Positions 17,463-26,844 of a stretch of 64,000 nt of DNA are shown here, piece by piece. This DNA is from an uncultured Chloroflexia bacterium. GTDB taxonomy: Bacteria; Chloroflexota; Limnocylindria; Limnocylindrales; CSP1-4. Both the position numbers and the translations under genes were made by a program. Position 1 is the first letter of the stretch. Each line of letters begins with the position of its first letter. The DNA is taken from positions 1 to 64,000 of the forward strand of contig CAVTHS010000009.1 in the NCBI GenBank assembly GCA_963734535.1, given 5' to 3'. The notes under the pieces were generated by a model. That model ran no database searches and was not told where the DNA came from. It saw nothing but the letters and a program-made list of their open reading frames with translations.

Positions 17463-18713
17463 ATGACCGCACAGCACGCCGCCGGCCCCCTCGCGGGGAT
17501 CCTCGTCGCGGACTGCAGCACGGTCCTCGCCGGGCCCTACTGCACGATGCTGCTCGCAGACCTCGGCGCGGACGTGGTGAAGGTGGAGCCGCTCGAGGGC
17601 GATGCGACGCGCGGCTGGGGACCCCCGTGGGTGGCGCCAGGCGCGGCCGGCCCGGACGACCCCGGAACCGCGGCCTATTTCCTGGCGGCGAACCGGAACA
17701 AGCGCTCCATCCGCCTGGACCTCCGGTCCGAAGCAGGGCGCGAGGTCCTGCGGCGCCTCCTCGTGCGCTCGGACATCCTGGTGGAGAACTTCCGGGTCGG
17801 CGGGTTCGCGCGGCTCGGGTTCGACGATCCCGCCCTCGAGGCGCTGAACCCGAGGCTCGTCCACCTGGCGATCTCGGGCTACGGGACGACCGGCCCCGGC
17901 GCAACCGCGCCCGGCTACGACTTCATCGTCCAGGCGGTCTCCGGCCTCATGTCGATCACCGGCGCCCCCGACGCCGAGGGCGGCCTGCCGACGAAGACCG
18001 GCGTCGCGGTGAGCGACCTCACGACGGGCATGCTCGGTGCGGTCGCCGTGCTCGGGGCGCTCGCCGGGCGCGATCGACCGGGATCTGCGGCCGCCGGGCG
18101 GGGACAGCGGATCGACATCTCGCTGCTCGGGTCCACGCTCGCGTGGCTCGCGAACCAGGCCCAGAACTACTTCGTCTCCGGGGTCTCGCCCACGCGGCGG
18201 GGGAATGCCCACCCGAACATCGTCCCGTACGAAACGTTCGCAACAGCTGACGGATGGATCGCCCTCGCCGTCGGCAGCGAGCGGCAGTGGTCTCGCTTCT
18301 GCGAGGCGCTCGGTGCGCCTGAGCTGACAGATGATCCGCGGTTCGTGACGAACGGTGCCCGCGTCGCCAATCGCGAGGCGCTCCGCCCGGTCGTCGCCGC
18401 CCGGTTCGCGAGCGAGGGCAGCGCCACGTGGCTGGAACGCCTTGCGGCGGCAGACGTGCCGGCCGGCCCGATCAACGACCTCGAGGCAGCCGTTGCCTCG
18501 CCCCAGGTGGCCGCGCTCGGCGCGATCGTCGAGTTGGACCACCCGCTCCTTGGTCGCATGCGCCAGGTGGCGCCGCCGTTCGTGCTGGGCGCGACACCCG
18601 CAACGGCGCGAACGCCGCCACCGCTCCTCGGGGAGCACACCGACGAGATCCTCGCCGAGCTCGGCTTCGGACCCGCCCAGATCGCGACGCTGCGCGCGGC
18701 CGGGACGGTCTGA
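17463..18713 (+). CDS. CaiB/BaiF family III CoA-transferase
   Basis: LAGPYCTMLLADLGADVVKVE, NRNKRS, ENFR, GYD, GNAHPNIVPY. Confidence 0.95.
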   Translation: MTAQHAAGPLAGILVADCSTVLAGPYCTMLLADLGADVVKVEPLEGDATRGWGPPWVAPGAAGPDDPGTAAYFLAANRNKRSIRLDLRSEAGREVLRRLLVRSDILVENFRVGGFARLGFDDPALEALNPRLVHLAISGYGTTGPGATAPGYDFIVQAVSGLMSITGAPDAEGGLPTKTGVAVSDLTTGMLGAVAVLGALAGRDRPGSAAAGRGQRIDISLLGSTLAWLANQAQNYFVSGVSPTRRGNAHPNIVPYETFATADGWIALAVGSERQWSRFCEALGAPELTDDPRFVTNGARVANREALRPVVAARFASEGSATWLERLAAADVPAGPINDLEAAVASPQVAALGAIVELDHPLLGRMRQVAPPFVLGATPATARTPPPLLGEHTDEILAELGFGPAQIATLRAAGTV

Positions 18714-19679
18714 TTGGCGGTGCCCGCCGGTCGCCACCGAGCCTCGGACCGGGCTGCGTCCCGCGGCGCGGTCGTCGACCTCCTGGCTGCCGCTGCCCTG
18801 TGGGGCGGCATGTACGTCGTGTCGGCGGCGACCTTCGCCGCGATCCCGCCGCTGACCCTGGGCGTGCTGCGCCTCGTGATCGGGGTCGCCGTGCTCGCGA
18901 TGGTCTTCCGCGGACGGCTCGGGCTTGCCGCGGCACCAAGGGGCCGGATCGTTGCGGCCGGCGCCGTCGTGGCAGTCACGATGGTGATGCAGTTCGTCGG
19001 GACGAGCCTGACGGGCGGGGCGGAGGGAGCGCTCCTCACGACGACCACTCCCGCCTTCGTGCTCGTGTTCGGCGTGCTCCTGGAGGCCGAACGGGTCCGC
19101 CGCATCGCATGGGCGGGCTGCGTCATCGCCCTTGCGGGGGTGGCCGTGCTCGCGACCCGGAACGCCGGCTTCGGCGGGCTGGCCGGAGCCCAGGCCGTCC
19201 TGCCCGGGGGCATCACGCTCCCCAGGGCGCTGCTGGGGGATCTCCTGCTCGTGGCGTCGGCCGCGACCTGGGCGCTCTTCAGCAGCGTGGGGCGGCCGCT
19301 CGTGGCGGCAGTGGGGGCATTCCGGGCGATCCTCGGCGCGAGCGCCGTGGCTGTCATCCTGCTGCTGCCGTTCGTCCCACTCGAGCTGGCGGGGCGGACC
19401 ATCCCGCCCATCACGCCGCTCACCGCCGCAGCGGTCCTCTACCTGGGAATCGGTGCCACCGCCATCGCCTGGTCGCTCTGGTACCGAGGGTACGCGGCGG
19501 CACCGCCGGCCGTGTCCGCCGCGGCGTTCTTCGCGCAGCCGGTGGTGGGCGCGGTCCTCGGCGTGCTGGTCCTCGGCGAGGTGCTGGGGCCCGCGTTCCT
19601 CGGCGGCGCCGCGCTCATCGCGGTCGGCGTCCTGGGGATCGCGGCGGCGACCCGCGAAGGTCGCCAGGCGGCCGAATAG
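18714..19679 (+). CDS. DMT/EamA family transporter
   Basis: About ten TM helices in two EamA repeats (LWGGMYV...; QPVVGAVLGVLVLGE). Confidence 0.9.
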   Translation: MAVPAGRHRASDRAASRGAVVDLLAAAALWGGMYVVSAATFAAIPPLTLGVLRLVIGVAVLAMVFRGRLGLAAAPRGRIVAAGAVVAVTMVMQFVGTSLTGGAEGALLTTTTPAFVLVFGVLLEAERVRRIAWAGCVIALAGVAVLATRNAGFGGLAGAQAVLPGGITLPRALLGDLLLVASAATWALFSSVGRPLVAAVGAFRAILGASAVAVILLLPFVPLELAGRTIPPITPLTAAAVLYLGIGATAIAWSLWYRGYAAAPPAVSAAAFFAQPVVGAVLGVLVLGEVLGPAFLGGAALIAVGVLGIAAATREGRQAAE

Positions 19680-19748
19680 GGAGCACGAACGCGGCGTCCG
19701 GCCCCGCCCAGGGACATGGGCGAGGCCGGAGCCGCCGACGGGATCGGG

Positions 19749-20906
19749 TCAGTGGGACATCGTGGCGCCGGTGCCGGCCTTGAAGACGCCGACGGCGCCA
19801 CGGCCGACGAAGTTGAACGCGTGCGTCACGAACGCGTAGCTGCCGTCCTCGGGGATCGCCAGCTCGACGATCGCGCCCTGGGCAGGCGAGAGGTCGACGG
19901 CCTGCGAGCCCCAGCCCTCGGGGTTGCCCTTCAGCAGCGACACGCCTTCCTTGTGGACGGTGTCGAAGATCGTGCCCACCACGTGGAACGAGCTGTCGAT
20001 GTTCGGGCCGGCGTCGAGGATGAAGATCCGGATCCGGTCCTTCGCCGCCACGGGGATCGGGTGGTCGTTGTACTGGCTGGCGACGCCGTTGAAGACCACG
20101 AAGTCCGGGGACGGCGCGCCGGCGGCCGCCTTGAGGTAGTCGGCGGGCTGGCCCTGCGCGCCCAGGTACCACTCGCTCTGGACGAACGCGTACTCGTGGT
20201 CGACCTTCGCGAACCCGCCCTTCGGCTCGACGATCACCATCCCGAACATCCCGTTCGCGATGTGCTGGAGGGTGGGCGCGGTCCCGCAGTGGTACATCCA
20301 GACGCCCGCATAGTCGGCGGTGAAGGTGTACGTGAACGTGGCGCCGGGCTTGATCTCGATCATCTGGTGGTCCATCGCGGTCTGGCTCGCATGGAAGTCG
20401 ATCGAGTGTGCCATCAGGCCCCGGTTCGTCAGGTGGACCCGCACCGTGTCGCCGAGGTGCACGCGGATCGCGGGGCCGGGCACCGTCCCGCCGAACGTCC
20501 ACGCATGGACGACGAAGCCCGTCGCGACCGTCATGTCCTTCTCGATGATCGGGAAGTCGACGTCGTGCACCGTGCCGGGCAGGAGCTCCGGCGCCTCGGG
20601 CGGGTAGAGGGTGTAGGCCGGGGCGCCCGGGTTGGCGACCGGCGCCGTGGCCGCGATCGTCGAGCCGCCCATCCCGGGCATGACCGCCGGCGCAGAGCCG
20701 GCCGCGGGCGACGCAGCGACCGCCGCGGCGGGGGACGGTGCGGGCGATGGCTGGCCTGCACCCGGGACGCTCGCCGTCGTCATCCCCACCGGGAGGGCGG
20801 CCGGAGCTGTCGCGTAGGTCCAGGTCGGCGCGCTGCCGCTGCTGCATGCGGCGAGGGCAAGTCCCAGCGTGGCGACAAGGAGTGTCCAGCGGAGGTCGGC
20901 CTTCAT
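19749..20906 (-). CDS. nirK: Copper nitrite reductase-like two-domain multicopper oxidase, lipoprotein
   Basis: Lipobox LAAC; HSIDFH, YHCGTAPTLQHIANGM (type 1 Cu), SSFHVVG, FVTH (type 2 Cu). Confidence 0.8.
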   Translation of the reverse strand: MKADLRWTLLVATLGLALAACSSGSAPTWTYATAPAALPVGMTTASVPGAGQPSPAPSPAAAVAASPAAGSAPAVMPGMGGSTIAATAPVANPGAPAYTLYPPEAPELLPGTVHDVDFPIIEKDMTVATGFVVHAWTFGGTVPGPAIRVHLGDTVRVHLTNRGLMAHSIDFHASQTAMDHQMIEIKPGATFTYTFTADYAGVWMYHCGTAPTLQHIANGMFGMVIVEPKGGFAKVDHEYAFVQSEWYLGAQGQPADYLKAAAGAPSPDFVVFNGVASQYNDHPIPVAAKDRIRIFILDAGPNIDSSFHVVGTIFDTVHKEGVSLLKGNPEGWGSQAVDLSPAQGAIVELAIPEDGSYAFVTHAFNFVGRGAVGVFKAGTGATMSH

Positions 20907-21020
20907 GGTGACGGTCCTTTCCGGGCTCGAGCACCCGTCGCGACGGAGTCTCGGTGCGCCAGCCCGGGCGATCAGCCCCTTCGACCGGCGGTCCCGTGCC
21001 CGGGATCCCCCGCGACTAAT

Positions 21021-21048
21021 ATAATACCAAGTCAGTTAGTGTTGTCAA
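21021..21048 (-). promoter_or_regulatory. sigma70 promoter of the nirK-like gene with an overlapping palindromic operator
   Basis: TTGACA-N16-TATTAT preceded by TGn; imperfect inverted repeat AACACTAA-N5-TTGGTATT between and over the boxes. Confidence 0.75.
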
Positions 21049-21206
21049 GCAGGGAAGAGATGCCGCCCCGCTGGCGATCTGATCGCTCCGACGCGGGACG
21101 GCACGCGCCGGTCGACGCTCGTCCGGCAGCTCCCGCGGAGGGCCGATCCCGAGGACCTGGCCGAGCGGCGAGCGGCGCGGCCATGTCGCCACCTCGCGTC
21201 GCGACG

Positions 21207-21659
21207 TCACTCGCCCTTGCGGCTGCCGCCCTCGCTGACAGCCGGCAGGTGGCCGCCGCGGCGCGCGGGCAGCTGGTCCAGGCGGGCCGCGGCGAGCGTT
21301 TCGAGCAGGGCGTCCTGCGCCGCGAAGAAGACGTCGTGCACGTCGCAGAAGCCGTCGAGCCCGCACGGGCCTGCGCGCAGGACGCAGGATCGGCGGCGGC
21401 CGTCTCCCTCGATCGCCTCGACGACATCGAGGAGCGAGACCTGGTCGGCCGGCTTCGCGAGCCGATATCCCCCCGCCCGGCCGGTCTCGGCGCTGACCAG
21501 GCCGGCAGCGGTCAGGTCGCCCATCACCTGGGGCAGGAAGCGGACCGGGATCGCCATCTCCTCGGCGATGCGGCGGACCGAGAGCAGCCGCCCGGCAGGG
21601 GCCCGCGAGAGCGCCAGCATCGCCCTGACGCCGTAGTCGCCGCGCTTGGTCAGCTCCAT
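21207..21659 (-). CDS. Rrf2 family Fe-S transcriptional regulator
   Basis: MELTKRGDYGVRAML, GRAGGYRLAK, ISL/VSLLDVVEAIEG, C-x5-C-x5-C-x2-H. Confidence 0.92.
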   Translation of the reverse strand: MELTKRGDYGVRAMLALSRAPAGRLLSVRRIAEEMAIPVRFLPQVMGDLTAAGLVSAETGRAGGYRLAKPADQVSLLDVVEAIEGDGRRRSCVLRAGPCGLDGFCDVHDVFFAAQDALLETLAAARLDQLPARRGGHLPAVSEGGSRKGE

Positions 21660-21766
21660 CCGCACGACCCCGAGTATGGCGCGCCCGGGGAGTCGCCTGT
21701 TGCCCGGCTGGTAGACTCGCGCGGCCTGGCCCGCGGTGGTCGACGGGCGGGCATGGGAGGGTTCGA

Positions 21767-22585
21767 ATGCCGGACGAGCGCGAGCGCTGGGCGCTGATCC
21801 TTGGCGCATCGAGCGGGATGGGCCAGGCGGCAGGGCTGGCACTGGCCACGGCCGGCTATCGGATCGCCGGCGTGCACCTCGACTTCCGGGCGGGGCTCAC
21901 CCACGTGGAGGAGGTCAAGGCCGCGATCGTTGCCGCGGGCTCCGAGGCGCTGTTCATCAACATGAACGCGGCCGACGACGAGAAGCGGGCCGACGCGCTC
22001 GCCCAGCTTCGCGCCCGTTTCGACCGATCGATCGCCGAGGGGCGGCGGCCGTACCTCCGCGTGGTCATGCACTCCCTTGCGTTCGGGTCGCTCCTCCCGT
22101 TCCTCGCCGATGACCCGAAGGGCAGGATCAGCCGGAAGCAGCTCGAGATGACGCTCGACGTGATGGCGAACTCGATCGTCTTCTGGGTCCAGGACCTCTG
22201 GCGCGGCGGCTTCCTGGAGGCCGGGTCGAAGGTCTTCGCGATGACGTCGGAGGGATCGGCGCGGATGATCCCCTCGTACGGGGCGGTCTCGGCGGCGAAG
22301 GCTGCGCTCGAGTCCCATTGCCGCCAGCTGGCAATGGAGTTCGCGCGGCTCGACGCGGGCGTGGCGGTCAACGCGATCCGGGCCGGCGTGACTGACACGG
22401 CGGCCCTTCGCAAGATCCCGGAGGCGGCGCGGGTCGTGGAGCAGACGCTGGCGCGAAACCCCCACGCGCGGCTCACCACCACCGCTGACGTCGCCGAGGC
22501 CCTGGTCACGCTCGCGTCGACGGACTCCGACTGGATCAGCGGCAACGTGATCAACGTCGACGGCGGCGAGTTCGTCACCGGGTAG
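21767..22585 (+). CDS. SDR oxidoreductase, FabL-like enoyl-ACP reductase
   Basis: ILGASSGMG, YGAVSAAKAALE (Yx6K), NAIRAGVTDT, SGNVINVDGG. Confidence 0.85.
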   Translation: MPDERERWALILGASSGMGQAAGLALATAGYRIAGVHLDFRAGLTHVEEVKAAIVAAGSEALFINMNAADDEKRADALAQLRARFDRSIAEGRRPYLRVVMHSLAFGSLLPFLADDPKGRISRKQLEMTLDVMANSIVFWVQDLWRGGFLEAGSKVFAMTSEGSARMIPSYGAVSAAKAALESHCRQLAMEFARLDAGVAVNAIRAGVTDTAALRKIPEAARVVEQTLARNPHARLTTTADVAEALVTLASTDSDWISGNVINVDGGEFVTG

Positions 22586-22725
22586 CTTCCCCGCACGGCG
22601 CACGACCCCGCTGCGGGCAGCGCGGGCGGCCTGGGGCAGCCCACCACCTGCCGGCAGGTCCCCTCGAGCGGGCGGGAAGGCACTTACGAGAGGCGCCGGC
22701 GCCGCCTGACGCTACGGGTGGAGGT

Positions 22726-23433
22726 ATGTCCATGCGTATCCGCTTCGTTCCCGTCGCGTTCCTCGGTGCCGCCGTGACGCTGCCCATCGCCTGGGTACGC
22801 TGGTTCTCGCCTGCGATGCGCGGCTGGGGGGCCCGCCCGAACGACACCTACCGGCCGCTCCCCGGCGACGACCTCGTCGCGGACCCGGACATCCGCCACA
22901 CCCGCGCCATCACCATCGCGGCCCCGCCCGAGGCGATCTGGCCGTGGCTGCTCCAGCTGGGCCAGGGTCGCGGCGGGCTCTACAGCTACGACTGGCTGGA
23001 GAACCTCGCCGGCTGTGACATCAAGTCGGTCGATTCGATCGTGCCGGAGCTCCAGGCGCTCGCGATCGGCGACATCATCTCGCTCCGCAAGGGCGACATG
23101 CCGGCCTTCCTCGTCCACGCCATCGACCCCGGCCGCTCCCTCGTCCTGGTCGCGCGCGACCCGTCGAGCGGGGGGCCCGCCCATGTCGATCCGGACGTGC
23201 CGATGGCCGTCGACGAGTCGTGGTCGTTCGTGCTCGAGCCGGACGGGGACGGGGCAACGCGCCTGCTCGTCCGGGGGCGGCGGCGAACCCGCAGCGCTCG
23301 TCTCGATCGGTTCGCCTGGACCCTCGTCGAGGCGGCGTCGTTGCCGATGGAGCGCCGGATGCTCCTTGGCATCCGGGATCGCGCCGAGCGCACCGCCGGA
23401 AACGGGTTCGCCGGCGGGGCAGTGCCCGCCTGA
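22726..23433 (+). CDS. SRPBCC-like hypothetical protein
   Basis: WGA...LPGDDLV...TRAITIAAPPEAIWPWLLQLGQGRGGLYSYDWLEN...MERRMLLGIRDRAE. Confidence 0.75.
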   Translation: MSMRIRFVPVAFLGAAVTLPIAWVRWFSPAMRGWGARPNDTYRPLPGDDLVADPDIRHTRAITIAAPPEAIWPWLLQLGQGRGGLYSYDWLENLAGCDIKSVDSIVPELQALAIGDIISLRKGDMPAFLVHAIDPGRSLVLVARDPSSGGPAHVDPDVPMAVDESWSFVLEPDGDGATRLLVRGRRRTRSARLDRFAWTLVEAASLPMERRMLLGIRDRAERTAGNGFAGGAVPA

Positions 23434-23462
23434 AGCCGCGCGGCCGCCGCACCGAAGCGAGG

Positions 23463-24491
23463 TCAGGCCTCGCTGCGAACCCAGGCGGTGCGCTGCCGGG
23501 CTGCCGGCGTCATCTCGAAGGATCCGTCGTCGCGGACCCACCAGGCCGCGAGGCCCATCGCCCGGGCGCGCGGGCCGATCCGTGCGGCACCTTCGAGGAA
23601 GAGCGTCTTCGACCAGACCTCCGCCCAGGCCGCGTCCGGTCCCGAGACCGTGACCGAGGCGATGCCGGCTCCGCCGGGTTCGCCGGTGCGTGGGTCGAGC
23701 AGGTGATGCACGTCTCGACCGTCGTCGGTGCGCCAGCGGTGCACCGCGATCGACGAGGTGCAGATCGCGCCGTCCTGGAGCGCGACGACCGCGGGCATCT
23801 CGCCCCCGGAGGGATCCTCGATCGCCACCATCCACGGCCCGCCCTCGGGGGCGTCTCCGCGCGCGATGAGATCGCCACCGGCCTCGAGCAGCGCGCCCGT
23901 CCCAGGGTCGTCGAGCTCCGGGAGGGTCGCCGCGAGGACCTTGCCCGCCCAGCGGATCGCGAGCCCCTTGCCGATCCCGCCGAGATCCACCGGCGCGGCG
24001 ACCGCGGCCCGCGACGCTCGCGGGTCGCAGTGGAGCCACCTGCCGTCGGAGAAGGTGGGCCGCGTTCGGCCAGGCGCGACGAGACCAGCGACGCCCCCGG
24101 ACGCCTGTTGGCCCGCCGCCGGTGAATCGGTTGGGGTCCCGGTCGAGGATGGGACGCCGACGTAGCCAAGCCGTTCCAGGTCGCGCAGGATCCGTGGGTC
24201 GAACGCTCCCTCGGTCATCCTCCGCGCCCGCTCGGCAGCGGAAAGGGCCGCGACCAGGCGCGGGTGGATCGACACGCCGGCGGGATCTCCCGCCACGTCG
24301 TTGAGGCGAACGAGGTCACTCGTGGCGCGAAAGCGCGAGAGCGCCTGCTCGATCTCCTCGATCGCGGCGGACACCCCCGCCCAGCCGGCCTCGGCGCGAT
24401 CCGAAGCCACGCCGACGACCGTAAGCCGCAGCGGCGATCCCATGGCGCGGCGCTCGAATCGGGCCGCACCATCGGACTGGGTCGAGATCAC
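23463..24491 (-). CDS. apbE: FAD:protein FMN transferase (ApbE)
   Basis: AMGS, SRFRATSDL, GAFDP, DLGGIGKG, AGGD, CTS, HHLLDPRTG. Confidence 0.93.
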   Translation of the reverse strand: MISTQSDGAARFERRAMGSPLRLTVVGVASDRAEAGWAGVSAAIEEIEQALSRFRATSDLVRLNDVAGDPAGVSIHPRLVAALSAAERARRMTEGAFDPRILRDLERLGYVGVPSSTGTPTDSPAAGQQASGGVAGLVAPGRTRPTFSDGRWLHCDPRASRAAVAAPVDLGGIGKGLAIRWAGKVLAATLPELDDPGTGALLEAGGDLIARGDAPEGGPWMVAIEDPSGGEMPAVVALQDGAICTSSIAVHRWRTDDGRDVHHLLDPRTGEPGGAGIASVTVSGPDAAWAEVWSKTLFLEGAARIGPRARAMGLAAWWVRDDGSFEMTPAARQRTAWVRSEA

Positions 24492-24526
24492 CCCCGCGTA
24501 CGCTCCCTCGGGCTCGGTGCTCGTCG

Positions 24527-25279
24527 TCAGCAGGGCTTGCCCGATGCCGTGGTGCAGGCGTGGACGGGGGGTGGCGGCGCGGCGACGACAGGCGGGCTGA
24601 CGGGAAGGACCGGGAGCGGAGCGGGCCTCGGAGCCGCGACGACCGGCGCCGGGGCGGCCGCGGCCGGCGCGGGGTTCGCAGCGGCAGGAGCGCTCTTGAC
24701 AACCACCGGCGCGACCGGCCTGGCCACGGGGGCGCCCGACGTGGCCGCAGGGACGCCGGGCCTGGCCACCGGGGCGCTGTAGGCCGACGCAGGTCCGGGC
24801 AGACTCACCGGCGCGATCGAGACCGGCGGAACCGAGAGGGCCGCCGCCCACCCGGCCGCTGACTGCACCTGCTGCCCGAGCTTGGCGAGCGCCTTCTCGT
24901 GTCCGACGATCCCATTGGCGATTTCCGTGTAGCCATTTGCGGCGTTGGTGTACGCCCCGGTCAGCCTGCCAAGGCTGCTCTCCATCGCGTCATGGGCGCT
25001 CTTGAGACCGGCCACGGCATCCACGGCGGGCACGCGCTCGGCAACCACCTGAAGGTCGGAGGCGGACTGGAGCGCTGTGACACCGGCAAGGGTGATGGCG
25101 TAGAGCCCGGCGGTCATCCCGACGGCCACGACGACGTGGATCGGGCGGCGCGTCGACCCTGCCGGGCGCGCGCCAGCGATCGGCGGCACGAGGCCGAGGG
25201 TTGCGCTTCCCGCGGTTCGCGGCGGTAGCGGGCGCGGTCCGGGCGACCGGACCGGGAGCGGGCGCGTGGCCTCAGTCAT
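24527..25279 (-). CDS. Membrane-anchored coiled-coil, Pro/Ala-rich protein; candidate ApbE substrate
   Basis: TM segment, helical region, long P/A linker, C-terminus VHACTTASGKPC; overlaps the upstream stop. Confidence 0.7.
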   Translation of the reverse strand: MTEATRPLPVRSPGPRPLPPRTAGSATLGLVPPIAGARPAGSTRRPIHVVVAVGMTAGLYAITLAGVTALQSASDLQVVAERVPAVDAVAGLKSAHDAMESSLGRLTGAYTNAANGYTEIANGIVGHEKALAKLGQQVQSAAGWAAALSVPPVSIAPVSLPGPASAYSAPVARPGVPAATSGAPVARPVAPVVVKSAPAAANPAPAAAAPAPVVAAPRPAPLPVLPVSPPVVAAPPPPVHACTTASGKPC

Positions 25280-25916
25280 CGTCGCCTCCTGGGGGCGGGG
25301 TGCCCGATGCTCCCGTCGTCGCATGGGCCGTGGGCGCCGGAGCCGCGGCGACGACCGGGGCCGTGACCGCCACCGGCATCGGCTGGGCTGTCGCGGTTGG
25401 CTGGGGTTGGGGTGTCGCGGTGGGCTGGGGAGTCGCGCTCGATGGCTGGGGTGTCGCCGCCGGTGGCCGAGGCGTTGCGGCCGGCCGTGCCAGGGCGGAC
25501 TGCCGCAACAGGGCGGCCTGTCGGGCCGCGGCGACCTGCAGCGCCACGTTGGCGGAGGCGGCCTGCTGATTGAGGCCGGCCAGCCTCTGCTGCGAAGCTG
25601 CCACCTGTGCGCGAAGGGTCTTGGCCGTGCCCTCGTCCGCGGTGATCCGTCCGTTGGCCGCATCGAGGGCGGCCTGCAGCTGTGATGTCTGGGAGATTGC
25701 CGCCTGGAGGCGTGCCTCCAGGTCGGTCCCGCGAGCCTGCTCATCTGCCAGCTTCGCGGCGAGGCTCTCCGCGCTGACCGGGGGTGCCTCCGGCGGCGCT
25801 GCGGATGCCGTCCACTGGGCGGCACCGTCGATCGCGGCGGCACCCAGCCCGAGGCTTCCCACCACGCCGACCGTGACCGCCGCGCGGCGCGCGACGACCT
25901 TGACCCTGCTGTTCAT
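25272..25916 (-). CDS. Exported coiled-coil, Pro-rich protein; candidate ApbE substrate
   Basis: Signal/TM after VARRAA, coiled coil, ATPQP repeats, C-terminal AHATTGASG containing [S/T]GA[S/T]. Confidence 0.75.
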   Translation of the reverse strand: MNSRVKVVARRAAVTVGVVGSLGLGAAAIDGAAQWTASAAPPEAPPVSAESLAAKLADEQARGTDLEARLQAAISQTSQLQAALDAANGRITADEGTAKTLRAQVAASQQRLAGLNQQAASANVALQVAAARQAALLRQSALARPAATPRPPAATPQPSSATPQPTATPQPQPTATAQPMPVAVTAPVVAAAPAPTAHATTGASGTPPPGGDDD

Positions 25917-26722
25917 TGCGAGTCCTCCATGAGCGCTGCGCCGAGCGGAGCGGGTGCATGGTCAGCGGCCACGTCTCGTGTGGGTGCGTCGCGGACCGGG
26001 ATCGGCCCCGGCGGCGCCGTCCGTTCGCTGGCTCCCGGGACAGGCCGGGGGCGAAGCTGGCGCGGTGCGTCCGGCAACGAGGTTGCGAAGGTCGGCCGCG
26101 ACTTCTTCGAGACCCAGTACCGATAGGCGCTCGCCAGCATGACGAGCATGCCCGTCCCGACATAGAGGGGAACGAGCGTTGTGCTGTCGGTTCCAGCCAA
26201 CAGGCCGTGGAGCCACGAGACGATCCACGCGACGAGCGCGAATCGATGCAGCTTGAGCCACAGGCCCGCGGGCAGGAGGCCAGACCATCGCGCGGTGATC
26301 CCCGAGATGAGCGCCGCGTACAGGCCCAGCGTCCCGAGCGCGACCGGAGCGCTGCGGTACGAGGACAGCCCCGGCACGAATGACCCGGCGATCCCGACCC
26401 CGGCGTACGGGTCAAGGATGATGCTCACGACGTGCGCGACGAGAAACGCGACGACGAAGATGAACAGGTTCTCGTGCCACGGGAAGAGGCGCTTCGAGAG
26501 CTTCCAGGTGGACTGGTTCGTGGGGTGGCTCAGGATGAGGCCGAGGCTCACCAGCACCGTCAGCAGCACGTACGCGGTGATCCCGGTCGCCCGGCCGGCG
26601 AGCCAGACCCGCATGTGCGCCTGGTAGTCCGAGGTTGCGGGCACCACCTGGCCGGTGGTGAACACGATCAGGATCCCCAGCAGGGCGCCCAGGACGACCC
26701 ACGTTCGCGCGCTCAGGCGCAT
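25913..26722 (-). CDS. Ferric reductase-like transmembrane (MsrQ-like heme b) protein
   Basis: WLAGRATG, WHENL...AHV, WLKLHR...WLHG (four His heme ligands), GTD. Confidence 0.85.
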   Translation of the reverse strand: MRLSARTWVVLGALLGILIVFTTGQVVPATSDYQAHMRVWLAGRATGITAYVLLTVLVSLGLILSHPTNQSTWKLSKRLFPWHENLFIFVVAFLVAHVVSIILDPYAGVGIAGSFVPGLSSYRSAPVALGTLGLYAALISGITARWSGLLPAGLWLKLHRFALVAWIVSWLHGLLAGTDSTTLVPLYVGTGMLVMLASAYRYWVSKKSRPTFATSLPDAPRQLRPRPVPGASERTAPPGPIPVRDAPTRDVAADHAPAPLGAALMEDSQ

Positions 26723-26844
26723 CTGCGTCTCGCGGTCATGGCCCGGCCCGTCGTGACGGTTGACATGAGGCGATTCCCCCGGCGGTGCGAGCAGGCGAGC
26801 AGATCGCCCGTGCACCGTCTGAGGCAGGCCGAGCCCGGATGGTT

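Noticed and set aside
25375-25480. Repeats encoding ATPQP
   Set aside because: Degenerate coding linker repeats; no CRISPR repeat-spacer structure and no cas genes in the window.
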